Positions 9,160-17,399 of a DNA stretch of 64,000 nucleotides are shown here, piece by piece (positions within the stretch are counted from its first letter, which is position 1; each line of letters opens with the position of its first letter). The translations under genes were made by a program, and so were the position numbers. A model generated the notes under the pieces. That model searched no databases. It worked only from the letters and a program-made list of their open reading frames with translations, and was not told the DNA's origin. Source of the DNA: Actinokineospora sp. (GTDB lineage: Bacteria; Actinomycetota; Actinomycetes; Mycobacteriales; Pseudonocardiaceae); the NCBI RefSeq assembly GCF_050699995.1, contig NZ_JBOHGC010000209.1, forward strand, positions 1,597 through 65,596. The letters are read 5' to 3'.

Positions 9160-9531
9160 TCACCCGATGCGCAGAGCGACGCAGTGCGAGCAGGCCCGCA
9201 GGTCATGCCTCGTGCCGATGTCAGGCAGGTCGGCGACCAGCAGTGCGTCACACAAGGCGAACTCGGGCCGGTACCCCCGAATGTGTGCGACATGATCCTG
9301 CAAGACGCCCCGTCCCCATCCTGCGATGTCCCATACCCGCGCGACACAAACCGCGCAGTGCGGCCAACTCCCCCAGATGCGCCGGAGTTCGGGCACATAC
9401 AGGCAAGGTGACCCGCAGACCGCGTAGTAAGTCACGCCGCAATGGTGGGTCGCCGTTCGCGCGTCCTCAGCCACCCAGTGCCGGAGTTGCCGGAACACCC
9501 CGACCTGCCAATTGCGCCCTACATCCGCCAC
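9160..9531 (-). CDS. hypothetical Cys/Trp/His-rich protein (123 aa)
   Basis: Third-position GC is about 79 percent by hand count, clearly better than the overlapping plus-strand ORFs. The GTG start overlaps the end of ORF 9519-9740 by 13 nt. Confidence 0.35.
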   Translation of the reverse strand: MADVGRNWQVGVFRQLRHWVAEDARTATHHCGVTYYAVCGSPCLYVPELRRIWGSWPHCAVCVARVWDIAGWGRGVLQDHVAHIRGYRPEFALCDALLVADLPDIGTRHDLRACSHCVALRIG

Positions 9532-9740
9532 GGCGAGGCTCCTTGCCGGTCGGCGAGGCGATCACCGTGGATAAGTAGGCACGCGAGACAGCGTTCGCCC
9601 GCATCTGTGCAGAGAACCCTCGTGTTTGGCGCGGTGTGCGAGCACATCGCCTCCGAGTAGAACTGCGACGCCTGGTCCGTCTCGAATGCGTGAACTCGGT
9701 CGTCATAGACCGACAACAACCATCTGGGCTCGCTCTGCAC
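9519..9740 (-). CDS. hypothetical small protein (73 aa), coupled to 9160-9531
   Basis: GTG start. Third-position GC is about 80 percent by hand count. Contains CSH...C...CLAC. Confidence 0.3.
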   Translation of the reverse strand: MQSEPRWLLSVYDDRVHAFETDQASQFYSEAMCSHTAPNTRVLCTDAGERCLACLLIHGDRLADRQGASPWRM

Positions 9741-9829
9741 GGGTGCTCCACGGTTGAAGGGCGGCCCGCGTCGATGGCGGGGAGACCGACGCGGGCCGCG
9801 ATGGTGAGCGCACAGACTGCGCTCGTGGC

Positions 9830-10057
9830 TTATGCGAGGCGCTGGTCGATCGACTCGGGGCGCGAATGGCCCCTGGGCGGCAGGATGTCCGCCTCCCGGC
9901 AGCGCCGCAAGCGCCGCTCCTCCGCCTCGCCGAGGGCGAACGCGATCAGGCCAATCATGAGCAACAGCACGGAAAGTCCAGCCCCGACGAATCCAAGCGC
10001 GACGCTGAGCCCGTCAAACTCGCGTTGATCAACCACGACCTCGCCTTTCCTCGCCAT
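9830..10057 (-). CDS. hypothetical small single-pass membrane protein (75 aa)
   Basis: Hydrophobic core LSVALGFVGAGLSVLLLMIGLIAFAL followed by a charged tail. Codon bias is acceptable. No obvious SD. Confidence 0.3.
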   Translation of the reverse strand: MARKGEVVVDQREFDGLSVALGFVGAGLSVLLLMIGLIAFALGEAEERRLRRCREADILPPRGHSRPESIDQRLA

Positions 10058-10161
10058 CCGACAAGGAGGACGTTACGATGTAAGTTACGGCTTAGCTAGT
10101 ACACGATCGGTTGGCGTTACTTGTCCATCGATTGAGGGAGCGGGCATCGTTGTCGTCACCT

Positions 10162-10171
10162 GGTGATCACC
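10162..10171. promoter_or_regulatory. perfect 10-bp palindrome GGTGATCACC 18 nt upstream of the XRE copy 2 start
   Basis: Read directly from the sequence. Candidate operator only. Confidence 0.25.
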
Positions 10172-10188
10172 ATCCGAAAGGACCCACG

Positions 10189-11070
10189 ATGCTCGGCGCC
10201 GATCCCGTCGTCACCCAGATCCAGCTCGGCTTGCTGTTGCGGACACTGCGAACTTCGGCCGACTTGACGGCGCTGGAAGCGGGCGCGCACATCGGTCTGA
10301 CCAACGCCAGCATGAGCCGGATCGAGGGCGGCAAACAGGCAATCAAGCCTGACGACGTGTTGGCTCTGCTCGACATCTACCGAGCGGATGACGCGGCTAC
10401 CGCCGAGGCGTTGAGACTTGCCTCAGTGCCTCGGCCGCGTGCTCGCCGCAAGCGCGGGCAGTCGTACCGCGACGCCGTGCCGAACTGGTTCAAACGGTTC
10501 CTGGTTATGGAATCGGAGGCCAGCGATGTTCTTGTGTACGAGAACGAGACGGTCACCGGCCTGTTGCAGACCGAGGACTACGCCCGGATTCTCCTGCAAT
10601 CCGGCGCGCCGATGGCGGGAACCCACGAGATCGACAAGCAGGTCGACCTGCGGATCAGCCGCCAGCACATTCTCACCCGCACCGATCCGGCACCGCCCCT
10701 GCTCGACCTGATCATGCACGAGTCTGTGCTGCACCGGGTGATCGGCGACGACAAGATCATGGCGGCCCAACTCAAGCACCTTGTGAAGGTCTCCAAGCTG
10801 CCTTCAGTCCGCCTCCAGATCCTTCCCTTCCACCCGAAACCCACCCCGAACCGTGATGAGGCATTCACGGCCAAGAGCCAGTTCATGCTGCTCAGGCTGC
10901 CCGAGCAAGGCACCGTGCTGTACCTGGAGGACTTCACCGGTGCCACTTATCCCGAGGACTACACCGTGATCGACCAGTATGCCGCGAGCTTCCAACGGCT
11001 GCGTTCGGCGGCGGCCGACCCTGCCGAGTCCCGCGCCTTGATCGGTAGAATCACCAAGCAGTACGAGTAG
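10189..11070 (+). CDS. XRE-family helix-turn-helix regulator with DUF5753-like C-terminal domain, copy 2
   Basis: GAAAGGA precedes ATG 10189. HTH is LRTLRTSADLTALEAGAHIGLTNASMSRIEGG. C-terminal motifs QTEDYARIL, MHESVLHR and LQILPF are present. Confidence 0.85.
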   Translation: MLGADPVVTQIQLGLLLRTLRTSADLTALEAGAHIGLTNASMSRIEGGKQAIKPDDVLALLDIYRADDAATAEALRLASVPRPRARRKRGQSYRDAVPNWFKRFLVMESEASDVLVYENETVTGLLQTEDYARILLQSGAPMAGTHEIDKQVDLRISRQHILTRTDPAPPLLDLIMHESVLHRVIGDDKIMAAQLKHLVKVSKLPSVRLQILPFHPKPTPNRDEAFTAKSQFMLLRLPEQGTVLYLEDFTGATYPEDYTVIDQYAASFQRLRSAAADPAESRALIGRITKQYE

Positions 11071-11090
11071 CCGCCGACGAGAGGACCGCA

Positions 11091-11279
11091 GTGGCCGAGA
11101 ACTTGATCGACGCCAACTGGCGCAAGAGCAGCCGCAGCGGCAACACGGGCGCCTGCGTCGAAGTCGCCCTGTTGCGCGACGGATCCGCCATCCGCGACTC
11201 CAAGAATACCTCGGGCAGCGCGCTCACCCTGCCCACTAACGCATGGGACGCCCTGCGCTCGGCGATCAAGGACGCCTGA
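11091..11279 (+). CDS. DUF397 domain protein, copy 2
   Basis: WRKSSRSGNTGACVEVA...AIRDSKN. Confidence 0.85.
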   Translation: MAENLIDANWRKSSRSGNTGACVEVALLRDGSAIRDSKNTSGSALTLPTNAWDALRSAIKDA

Positions 11280-11356
11280 CAGTTCACCGAAAGCGACCTG
11301 CCGACTCCGCAGAGTCGGTAAGCTCCCACGCAGGAGCCAGGAAGCAAGGGGGAACG

Positions 11357-11806
11357 ATGCCGGACGAGCACAATCCGAACGTCGACAGGCAACTCGAAGC
11401 CGAGGTCGCTGTCGGACGAGCCGTGAATGCGATCGATCGCATCGTCCCAGGCAACGTCGCACCATTGAGCGCGGGCGGCGGCGGTGCGGGCGGCCAATTC
11501 CGTATCGCCAGCGTGGTTGAACTCGACTCCATAATCGCCCAGTGGACAGTCATCCGCAACAAAATCGACTCCAGCGGCGACAAACTGAGGCGTGCGCGCG
11601 ATTACGTCGAGCCACCCGCCAAGGACGAGATGAGCGCCAAAGAAGCCAAGGCGACCAGGAATAGTCTTGAGACTGCGATCGATCACAACATCGAAATGAG
11701 CAAGTACGCGCAAGGCTACATCGACAAGCTTACGGACGCTCGTAACAGGTATCAGAACACCGAAGGTCACAACACGGCGACCGTGCAGCACTCAGACGGA
11801 GCATGA
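11357..11806 (+). CDS. helical protein with C-terminal YxxxE motif (possible type VII secretion substrate or partner)
   Basis: AAGGGGGA precedes ATG 11357. The sequence looks predominantly helical. YQNTE lies at residues 132-136 (nt 11750-11764) near the C-terminus. Lower-GC codon usage. Confidence 0.55.
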   Translation: MPDEHNPNVDRQLEAEVAVGRAVNAIDRIVPGNVAPLSAGGGGAGGQFRIASVVELDSIIAQWTVIRNKIDSSGDKLRRARDYVEPPAKDEMSAKEAKATRNSLETAIDHNIEMSKYAQGYIDKLTDARNRYQNTEGHNTATVQHSDGA

Positions 11807-11813
11807 CACCGCA

Positions 11814-12422
11814 ATGAATCATTCCACCCGAATCGCACTCGCGATCGCGGCTTTCACCTTGGTCGGATGCACGGCTGAGCCGGGCAATCCGATGCCTGCC
11901 AACACCCCGTCGACGGTCACATCCGGGAACGAACCGTCCGAGGACAAAAGCTACGGTGCACCCCGTGTATCTGATCCCATCGAGGCGGCAGCGTTCATTG
12001 AGAACCCGTGCTCGGTGCTAACTATAGACCAAACCGCTACGCTCAAACTGGAGAAGGAAGGTACGCCCAAAGATCTTGGCAGCAAAGACCCTTACTGCAC
12101 CTGGAATAGCGATGATGATCGGGAGCATTACACCTTCGGCTGGTTGGCGTCCAACAAGAACGGACTGGCCGACACTTATCGCGCCGACCGATCCGATCCT
12201 GATTTCGCCGCCTACTTCGAACCCGTCACGGTCAGCGGGTATCCTGGAGTGTTCGAAGATGGCAAAGACCGGCGTGATGGCGGCGAGTGCAACATGGTCG
12301 TCGGGGTCCGAGATGAACTAACCTTTCGAGTCGGATCCACGCGCGGACCGGGCAAGAAGTCGTGCGAAAATATCAAGGCCATCGCCGAACAAGCGATCGC
12401 CACAATGAAGACCGGGGCATAA
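11814..12422 (+). CDS. DUF3558-type lipoprotein
   Basis: Lipobox LVGC. The four-Cys pattern (NPCSVLT, PYCTWN, GECNMVVGV, KSCENI) matches my recollection of the DUF3558 family. Confidence 0.7.
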   Translation: MNHSTRIALAIAAFTLVGCTAEPGNPMPANTPSTVTSGNEPSEDKSYGAPRVSDPIEAAAFIENPCSVLTIDQTATLKLEKEGTPKDLGSKDPYCTWNSDDDREHYTFGWLASNKNGLADTYRADRSDPDFAAYFEPVTVSGYPGVFEDGKDRRDGGECNMVVGVRDELTFRVGSTRGPGKKSCENIKAIAEQAIATMKTGA

Positions 12423-12476
12423 TCCGCTTACCCCACGATACCGGCAAGTCAACCGCTGCGACAACGGGGCGTGTAA

Positions 12477-12878
12477 ATGAATCCCGAAAAGAATACCGGC
12501 TATTCGACGTCCTCCGAGGCGCTCGAATACTATCTATCCGCCATTGTCAATCCGGCGCTGGAAAATTTTGACCGGATAGGAAGCCAACTTTTCGCGACGA
12601 CAGGTGTGTCTCGTTCCCAGATGCTGGGGCGGCCACTGCTGACCGGGGGAAACGAATTCACCGACTCATGCAAACGAATGCTTGACAAGTTTTTCGAGAC
12701 CCATCACGCATTAACCGAGCGACAGCAGGCTCTCGTTCAGACCGTCACCAGGTTTCGAGACAATCTGCAGCAGTCTGACGCGGCGTACATACACACCGAA
12801 GCCGAGGCTACTCAGTCATTAACAAACCTGGTTGGCCGACTAGAAACGAGACTGGACACCGATGGCGCCACCGGATAG
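12477..12878 (+). CDS. helical protein with YxxxE motif (possible type VII secretion substrate or partner)
   Basis: 133 aa. YIHTE lies at residues 104-108 (nt 12786-12800). The 3-prime end overlaps the next gene by 17 nt. Confidence 0.55.
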   Translation: MNPEKNTGYSTSSEALEYYLSAIVNPALENFDRIGSQLFATTGVSRSQMLGRPLLTGGNEFTDSCKRMLDKFFETHHALTERQQALVQTVTRFRDNLQQSDAAYIHTEAEATQSLTNLVGRLETRLDTDGATG

Positions 12879-13803
12879 GCAACCTGACCCGTATCACTCA
12901 GCCGCAGCCGGTGTCGACAACACCTTCGGCCACGCCGGCGAAATTGCCGCCTGGGTTGAGTGGCTTCTCCACCCGGAACAGCACGGACATGACCGAACGA
13001 TCATCCTGCCAGGTGGCAACAAGATCGAACATACCGGCAACCTGCCCATAGAAAAGAGCGATTCCAACGGCCCGCTGATGCCTGACGCGATCGAGCCGAT
13101 CGAGTACCACCCTTACGAATCGGCCATCGAAGGATGCTTCACGGAGCAGTTCTTCGACCCCGCACTCGCACTCTCGGGACAATTGTTCGACGAGTACAGC
13201 GATCTAAGTAGAGTATTCGAAGGACTGAGCAACGCGTACTGGCAGAATGACGACTGGAACGGAAAGCTCAGCGGCGGGTTCGAGGACCTTCGGCACGTCT
13301 GGGATGGTGCAGCGGGCAGTCGCGCAGGCGAGTTCCTTGGGGCCATCGACGACTGCATGACAGACTTCACAATAATCGCGAAGGAAATGTCTGCGATATC
13401 CATCGCGTACGGCGCGATAATCAAGACTGCCCGAGTGAACCTCAACGAAGCCATGGGTAAGCTCGTTGATGCCTTCCACCACAAGTTCTACACGCGTGAG
13501 GCTCCATGGGACAAGATCTTGATCAAGGGACTGAGCGCGATCTCCGGAGCCGCGCTGGCTTATGTCACCGCGGGTGGGGCTGCGGCGGCTTGGGTAGCCG
13601 GATTGACGACGGCGATGGACAAGACCATCGACAGCGGCGACGGCGCCAACATCGGGGGCGCGAAGTGGCGCGAGATCGTCGACAATTACTTCGTTGCCCA
13701 AATGAAGATCTTACAGAACGCCCGCGATGAGATCGACAAGCTACACGACGCCGTCGCCGGGCTGGACGATCGTCTGGCGAATATGCCGAAGCTCCCAGGC
13801 TGA
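12862..13803 (+). CDS. WxG-motif protein with central hydrophobic segment (WXG100-like effector candidate)
   Basis: HVWDGAAGSRAGEF (WxG at nt 13300-13308) sits between helical stretches. A hydrophobic Ala/Gly-rich segment spans residues 219-252. A C-terminal helix follows. Confidence 0.6.
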   Translation: MAPPDRQPDPYHSAAAGVDNTFGHAGEIAAWVEWLLHPEQHGHDRTIILPGGNKIEHTGNLPIEKSDSNGPLMPDAIEPIEYHPYESAIEGCFTEQFFDPALALSGQLFDEYSDLSRVFEGLSNAYWQNDDWNGKLSGGFEDLRHVWDGAAGSRAGEFLGAIDDCMTDFTIIAKEMSAISIAYGAIIKTARVNLNEAMGKLVDAFHHKFYTREAPWDKILIKGLSAISGAALAYVTAGGAAAAWVAGLTTAMDKTIDSGDGANIGGAKWREIVDNYFVAQMKILQNARDEIDKLHDAVAGLDDRLANMPKLPG

Positions 13804-13836
13804 CCAGGTGGTCGCGACGTACGGATTGGTTTGCGG

Positions 13837-14919
13837 ATGAAGCGGGCGAGTTGGTCCCTGGCTCTTACTCTTGTCATGGCCGTTTCCGGATGCACCTCAG
13901 ATGACACCGAATCGGCACGACCCGAGCCGACGCGGGTGGAGTTCCCAAAAGTCGAACCGCCGAAGGATCGAGACAGGCAGGCCGCGACCAAGGCGTTGCG
14001 CGAGCTTGGTCTCTGCACGTTGCTGGATCCGACCGCTGTAGATGCTCCGGCAGGGACAAAACCCGTGGAAACGAGCGTGAAGCGATGCACGCTGTTCAAG
14101 GCCGATGGTGACGACCACTTTGCCGCCACTATCGACGATCAGTTCGACCGCGAGAAGAGATACCGCGCGTCATCGATCAACCTTGGTGGCGCCAAAGCGT
14201 ATCAGCTGTTCGATCCTCGCTCCGGAACCTGCGAAATGGCGATCCCGGTGAGTTTCGAAGTGGCCGTCTTGATCATCGGGATAAAGGGGCCGCGCTCGAA
14301 ATCCGGAGATGTCTGCATTCCGACGAAGTCAGCCGCCGACGTGGCGGTGGATAAGCTTGGCTCTTTGGTGTTTCGATCGAATGAACCTGACCAGGGCCTG
14401 ATCGGCGCCTGTGTCGACTTCCCGTACGGCTTGGACTGTCTACCGAACAGCGATGTACCTGTACCAACCGGCGGTGACGTTGTGCTGGCTGCCGCCGATG
14501 GCGATCCGCGAGTGACATGTGCGTTCGCCCGCGAAGCGGTCACCAGCAGGTTCGGAAAGCATCTCGTGGCGGTTATCACCGATCCAGCGCGCTGCTTCTT
14601 CGTGGAACCGAGCCATACGGTGGTGATCGAGATATCCGTACACTTCGACAGCGCCCTCAATGACACAGCCCGCACACGCGGCGGACAGAACACCACACTG
14701 GCGGGCCGTCCGGCGACGTCGGGCACGAGCACGGGCGATGGCTACGACGAACGTCGTCTGTGTCTTTTGCCAGTTTCGGGAGCAAGGACCGGGCTGCTGT
14801 GCGTTGCGGCCCACTTCTTGCCTGGTCGCGGTGTCGATGGCCAAGTCCCTATCGACACCAAGGCAGCGGCCCATCTTGAGCCCACGGTTGTCGACATTGT
14901 TTCGAGGTACTTCACCTGA
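13837..14919 (+). CDS. two-domain Cys-rich lipoprotein, N-terminal half DUF3558-like
   Basis: Lipobox AVSGC. The first half repeats the four-Cys spacing (LCTLLD, KRCTLF, GTCEMAIPV, DVCIPT). The second half is another Cys-rich domain. The track start 13831 is TTG; ATG 13837 is preferred. Confidence 0.65.
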   Translation: MKRASWSLALTLVMAVSGCTSDDTESARPEPTRVEFPKVEPPKDRDRQAATKALRELGLCTLLDPTAVDAPAGTKPVETSVKRCTLFKADGDDHFAATIDDQFDREKRYRASSINLGGAKAYQLFDPRSGTCEMAIPVSFEVAVLIIGIKGPRSKSGDVCIPTKSAADVAVDKLGSLVFRSNEPDQGLIGACVDFPYGLDCLPNSDVPVPTGGDVVLAAADGDPRVTCAFAREAVTSRFGKHLVAVITDPARCFFVEPSHTVVIEISVHFDSALNDTARTRGGQNTTLAGRPATSGTSTGDGYDERRLCLLPVSGARTGLLCVAAHFLPGRGVDGQVPIDTKAAAHLEPTVVDIVSRYFT

Positions 14920-14922
14920 GAG

Positions 14923-15849
14923 TCAGACGATCCGGATCAGTCCTTCTTGGACGACGGTCGCGATGAGTTCGCCGGACTGCGTGAAGAACCGGCCCGTCGC
15001 GAGACCGCGTCCACCGGACGCGCTTGGGGAAACGCAGTCGTAGAGGACCCATTCGTCGGCCCGGAACGGCCGGTGGAACCACATGGCGTGGTCGAGGCTG
15101 GCACCCATGACGTTGTCGGTGCCCCAGTAGACGCCGTGGCGGGCGAGGATCGCGTCGAGCAGCGTCATGTCGGAGGCGTAGGCGAGCACGCAGACCTGCA
15201 GCAGCGGGTCGTCGGGGAGCGTGCCGTCGGCCCGCATCCACACCTGGTTGCTCGCCTCCCGGGGCCCGGTGTCGCGCGAAAGCCACGGCGGTTCGGAGAC
15301 GTAGCGGATGTCGATCGGCCGCGGCCGGTCGGCGATGCGGCCGAACTTGGCCTTCAGCTCCGGGGTCATCAGCTCACCGTGGGTCGGCAGCCCGTCCGGC
15401 GCGGGCACGTCCGGCATCTTCTCGGCGTGCTCGACCCCTTGTTCCACCTTCTGGAACGACGCCGACAGCGCGAAGATCGCCTTGCCGTGCTGCACGGCGA
15501 CAACCCGGCGGGTCGTGAAGGAGCGTCCATCGCGAATCCGGTCGACCTCGTAGACGATCGGCACACTCGGGTCGCCACCGCGGATGAAGTAGGCGTGCAG
15601 CGAATGCACTCCGCGCTCCGGCGGCACCGTCCGCCCGGCGGCGACCAGGGCCTGACCGGCGACCTGCCCGCCGAACACCCGCACCGGCGAATGGCTCGGG
15701 CTGACCCCGCGGAAGATGTTCTCCTCGATCTTCTCCAGATCGAGGAGAGCCACCAGCCGGTCGAGAACCGCCTGTCCACGAGGGACACCGTCAGCCGTGA
15801 GCGGCTCCTGGTCCAACGCCTCAGCCGCCGCCCGCGCAACCTCAGTCAT
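14923..15849 (-). CDS. tesB: acyl-CoA thioesterase II
   Basis: Double hot-dog TesB pattern (NIFRGVSP...VFGGQVAGQAL...HSLHAYFIRGGD...DRIRDGRSFTTRRV). Confidence 0.9.
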   Translation of the reverse strand: MTEVARAAAEALDQEPLTADGVPRGQAVLDRLVALLDLEKIEENIFRGVSPSHSPVRVFGGQVAGQALVAAGRTVPPERGVHSLHAYFIRGGDPSVPIVYEVDRIRDGRSFTTRRVVAVQHGKAIFALSASFQKVEQGVEHAEKMPDVPAPDGLPTHGELMTPELKAKFGRIADRPRPIDIRYVSEPPWLSRDTGPREASNQVWMRADGTLPDDPLLQVCVLAYASDMTLLDAILARHGVYWGTDNVMGASLDHAMWFHRPFRADEWVLYDCVSPSASGGRGLATGRFFTQSGELIATVVQEGLIRIV

Positions 15850-15879
15850 CGCTCGACCCTAGTCGACCCAGCGCCAGGG

Positions 15880-17310
15880 TCAGGCGTGGTCTTCCTCGCC
15901 CAGGCGGTGGACGCGGATGAGGTTGGTGGAGCCGACGGTTCCGGGCGGGGAGCCCGCGACGATGACGACAAGGTCGCCGGGCTGGTAGCGGCCCATGGCC
16001 AGCATCGAGATGTCCACCTGCCGGACCATCTGGTCCGTCGAGTCCACCTGGGGCACCAGGAACGTTTCCGTGCCCCAGGTCAGCGCGAGCTGGCTGCGGA
16101 CGTGCGGTTCCGGCGTGAAGGCCAGCAGCGGCAGCTTCGTGTGCAGCCGGGCGAGCCGCTTGACGGTGTCGCCGGACTGGGTGAAGGCGACCAGGGCCTT
16201 GGCGTTGAGGCGCTCGCCGATGTCGCGTGCCGCGTAGGAGATCACGCCGCGCTTGGTGCGGGGGACGTGGGTCAGCGGCGGCACGGCGTCCGGGGTGGTC
16301 TCGGTCTCGACGGCCTCGATGATCCGCACCATCGTCTGCACGGACTCGACGGCGTAGCGGCCGACGCTGGTCTCGCCGGACAGCATCAGGGCGTCGGCGC
16401 CGTCGAGGACGGCGTTGGCGACGTCCGAGGCCTCCGCGCGGGTGGGGCGCGAGTTGTTGATCATCGAGTCGAGCATCTGGGTGGCGACGATGACCGGCTT
16501 GGCGTTCTCGCGGGCGATCTGGACCGCGCGCTTCTGCACGATCGGGACGTACTCCAGGGGCAGCTCGACGCCGAGGTCGCCGCGGGCGACCATGATGCCG
16601 TCGAACGCCAGGACAACGGCTTCGAGGTTGTCGACCGCTTCCGGCTTCTCCAGCTTGGCGATCACCGGGAGCCTGCGCTTGCCGACCCGGTCCATCACCT
16701 GGTGGACCAGGTCGATGTCGGCGGGCGAGCGGACGAAGGACAGCGCGATGAAGTCGACGCCCAGGTGCAGGGCGAACTCCAGGTCCTCGATGTCCTTTTC
16801 GGACATCGCGGGCACCGAGACGTCCATGCCGGGCAGCGACAGGCCCTTGTTGTTGCTGACCGGGCCGCCCTCGGTGACCTCGCAGACCACGTCCTGGCCG
16901 TCGACCTCGAACACGGTCAGGCCGACCTTGCCGTCGTCGACGAGCAGGCGGTCGCCGGGCTTGGCGTCGTTGGCGAGGCCCTTGTAGGTGGTGGAGACGC
17001 GGTCGTGGGTGCCCGCCACGTCCTCGACGGTGATCCGCACGACGTCGCCGTTGTTCCACTGGACGGGACCACCCGCGAAGGTTCCGAGGCGGATCTTCGG
17101 GCCCTGCAGGTCGGCCAGCACGCCGACCGCGCGGCCTGCCTCGTCGGATGCGGCGCGCACGAGGTCGTAGACCTCTTTGTGGTCGCTGTGGCTGCCGTGG
17201 CTGAAGTTCATCCTGGCCACGTCCATGCCCGCCGCCACGAGCTCACGGAGCTTCTCCGGAGTGGCGGTGGCAGGTCCCATCGTACAAACGATCTTCGCGC
17301 GTCGGCTCAC
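15880..17310 (-). CDS. pyk: pyruvate kinase
   Basis: RRAKIVCTMGPAT, MNFSHGS and the MVARGDLGVE motifs. The GTG 17310 start matches the homolog N-termini I recall. The track start 17346 is also possible. Confidence 0.9.
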   Translation of the reverse strand: MSRRAKIVCTMGPATATPEKLRELVAAGMDVARMNFSHGSHSDHKEVYDLVRAASDEAGRAVGVLADLQGPKIRLGTFAGGPVQWNNGDVVRITVEDVAGTHDRVSTTYKGLANDAKPGDRLLVDDGKVGLTVFEVDGQDVVCEVTEGGPVSNNKGLSLPGMDVSVPAMSEKDIEDLEFALHLGVDFIALSFVRSPADIDLVHQVMDRVGKRRLPVIAKLEKPEAVDNLEAVVLAFDGIMVARGDLGVELPLEYVPIVQKRAVQIARENAKPVIVATQMLDSMINNSRPTRAEASDVANAVLDGADALMLSGETSVGRYAVESVQTMVRIIEAVETETTPDAVPPLTHVPRTKRGVISYAARDIGERLNAKALVAFTQSGDTVKRLARLHTKLPLLAFTPEPHVRSQLALTWGTETFLVPQVDSTDQMVRQVDISMLAMGRYQPGDLVVIVAGSPPGTVGSTNLIRVHRLGEEDHA

Positions 17311-17399
17311 GAGTGGCAGCTTAGACTGCCGAGCTTGACCGATCATGATGTACCGGCCAGTAAGTTAAGTTTCGATTCAGATTGTTCAGCCTGCGGAGA

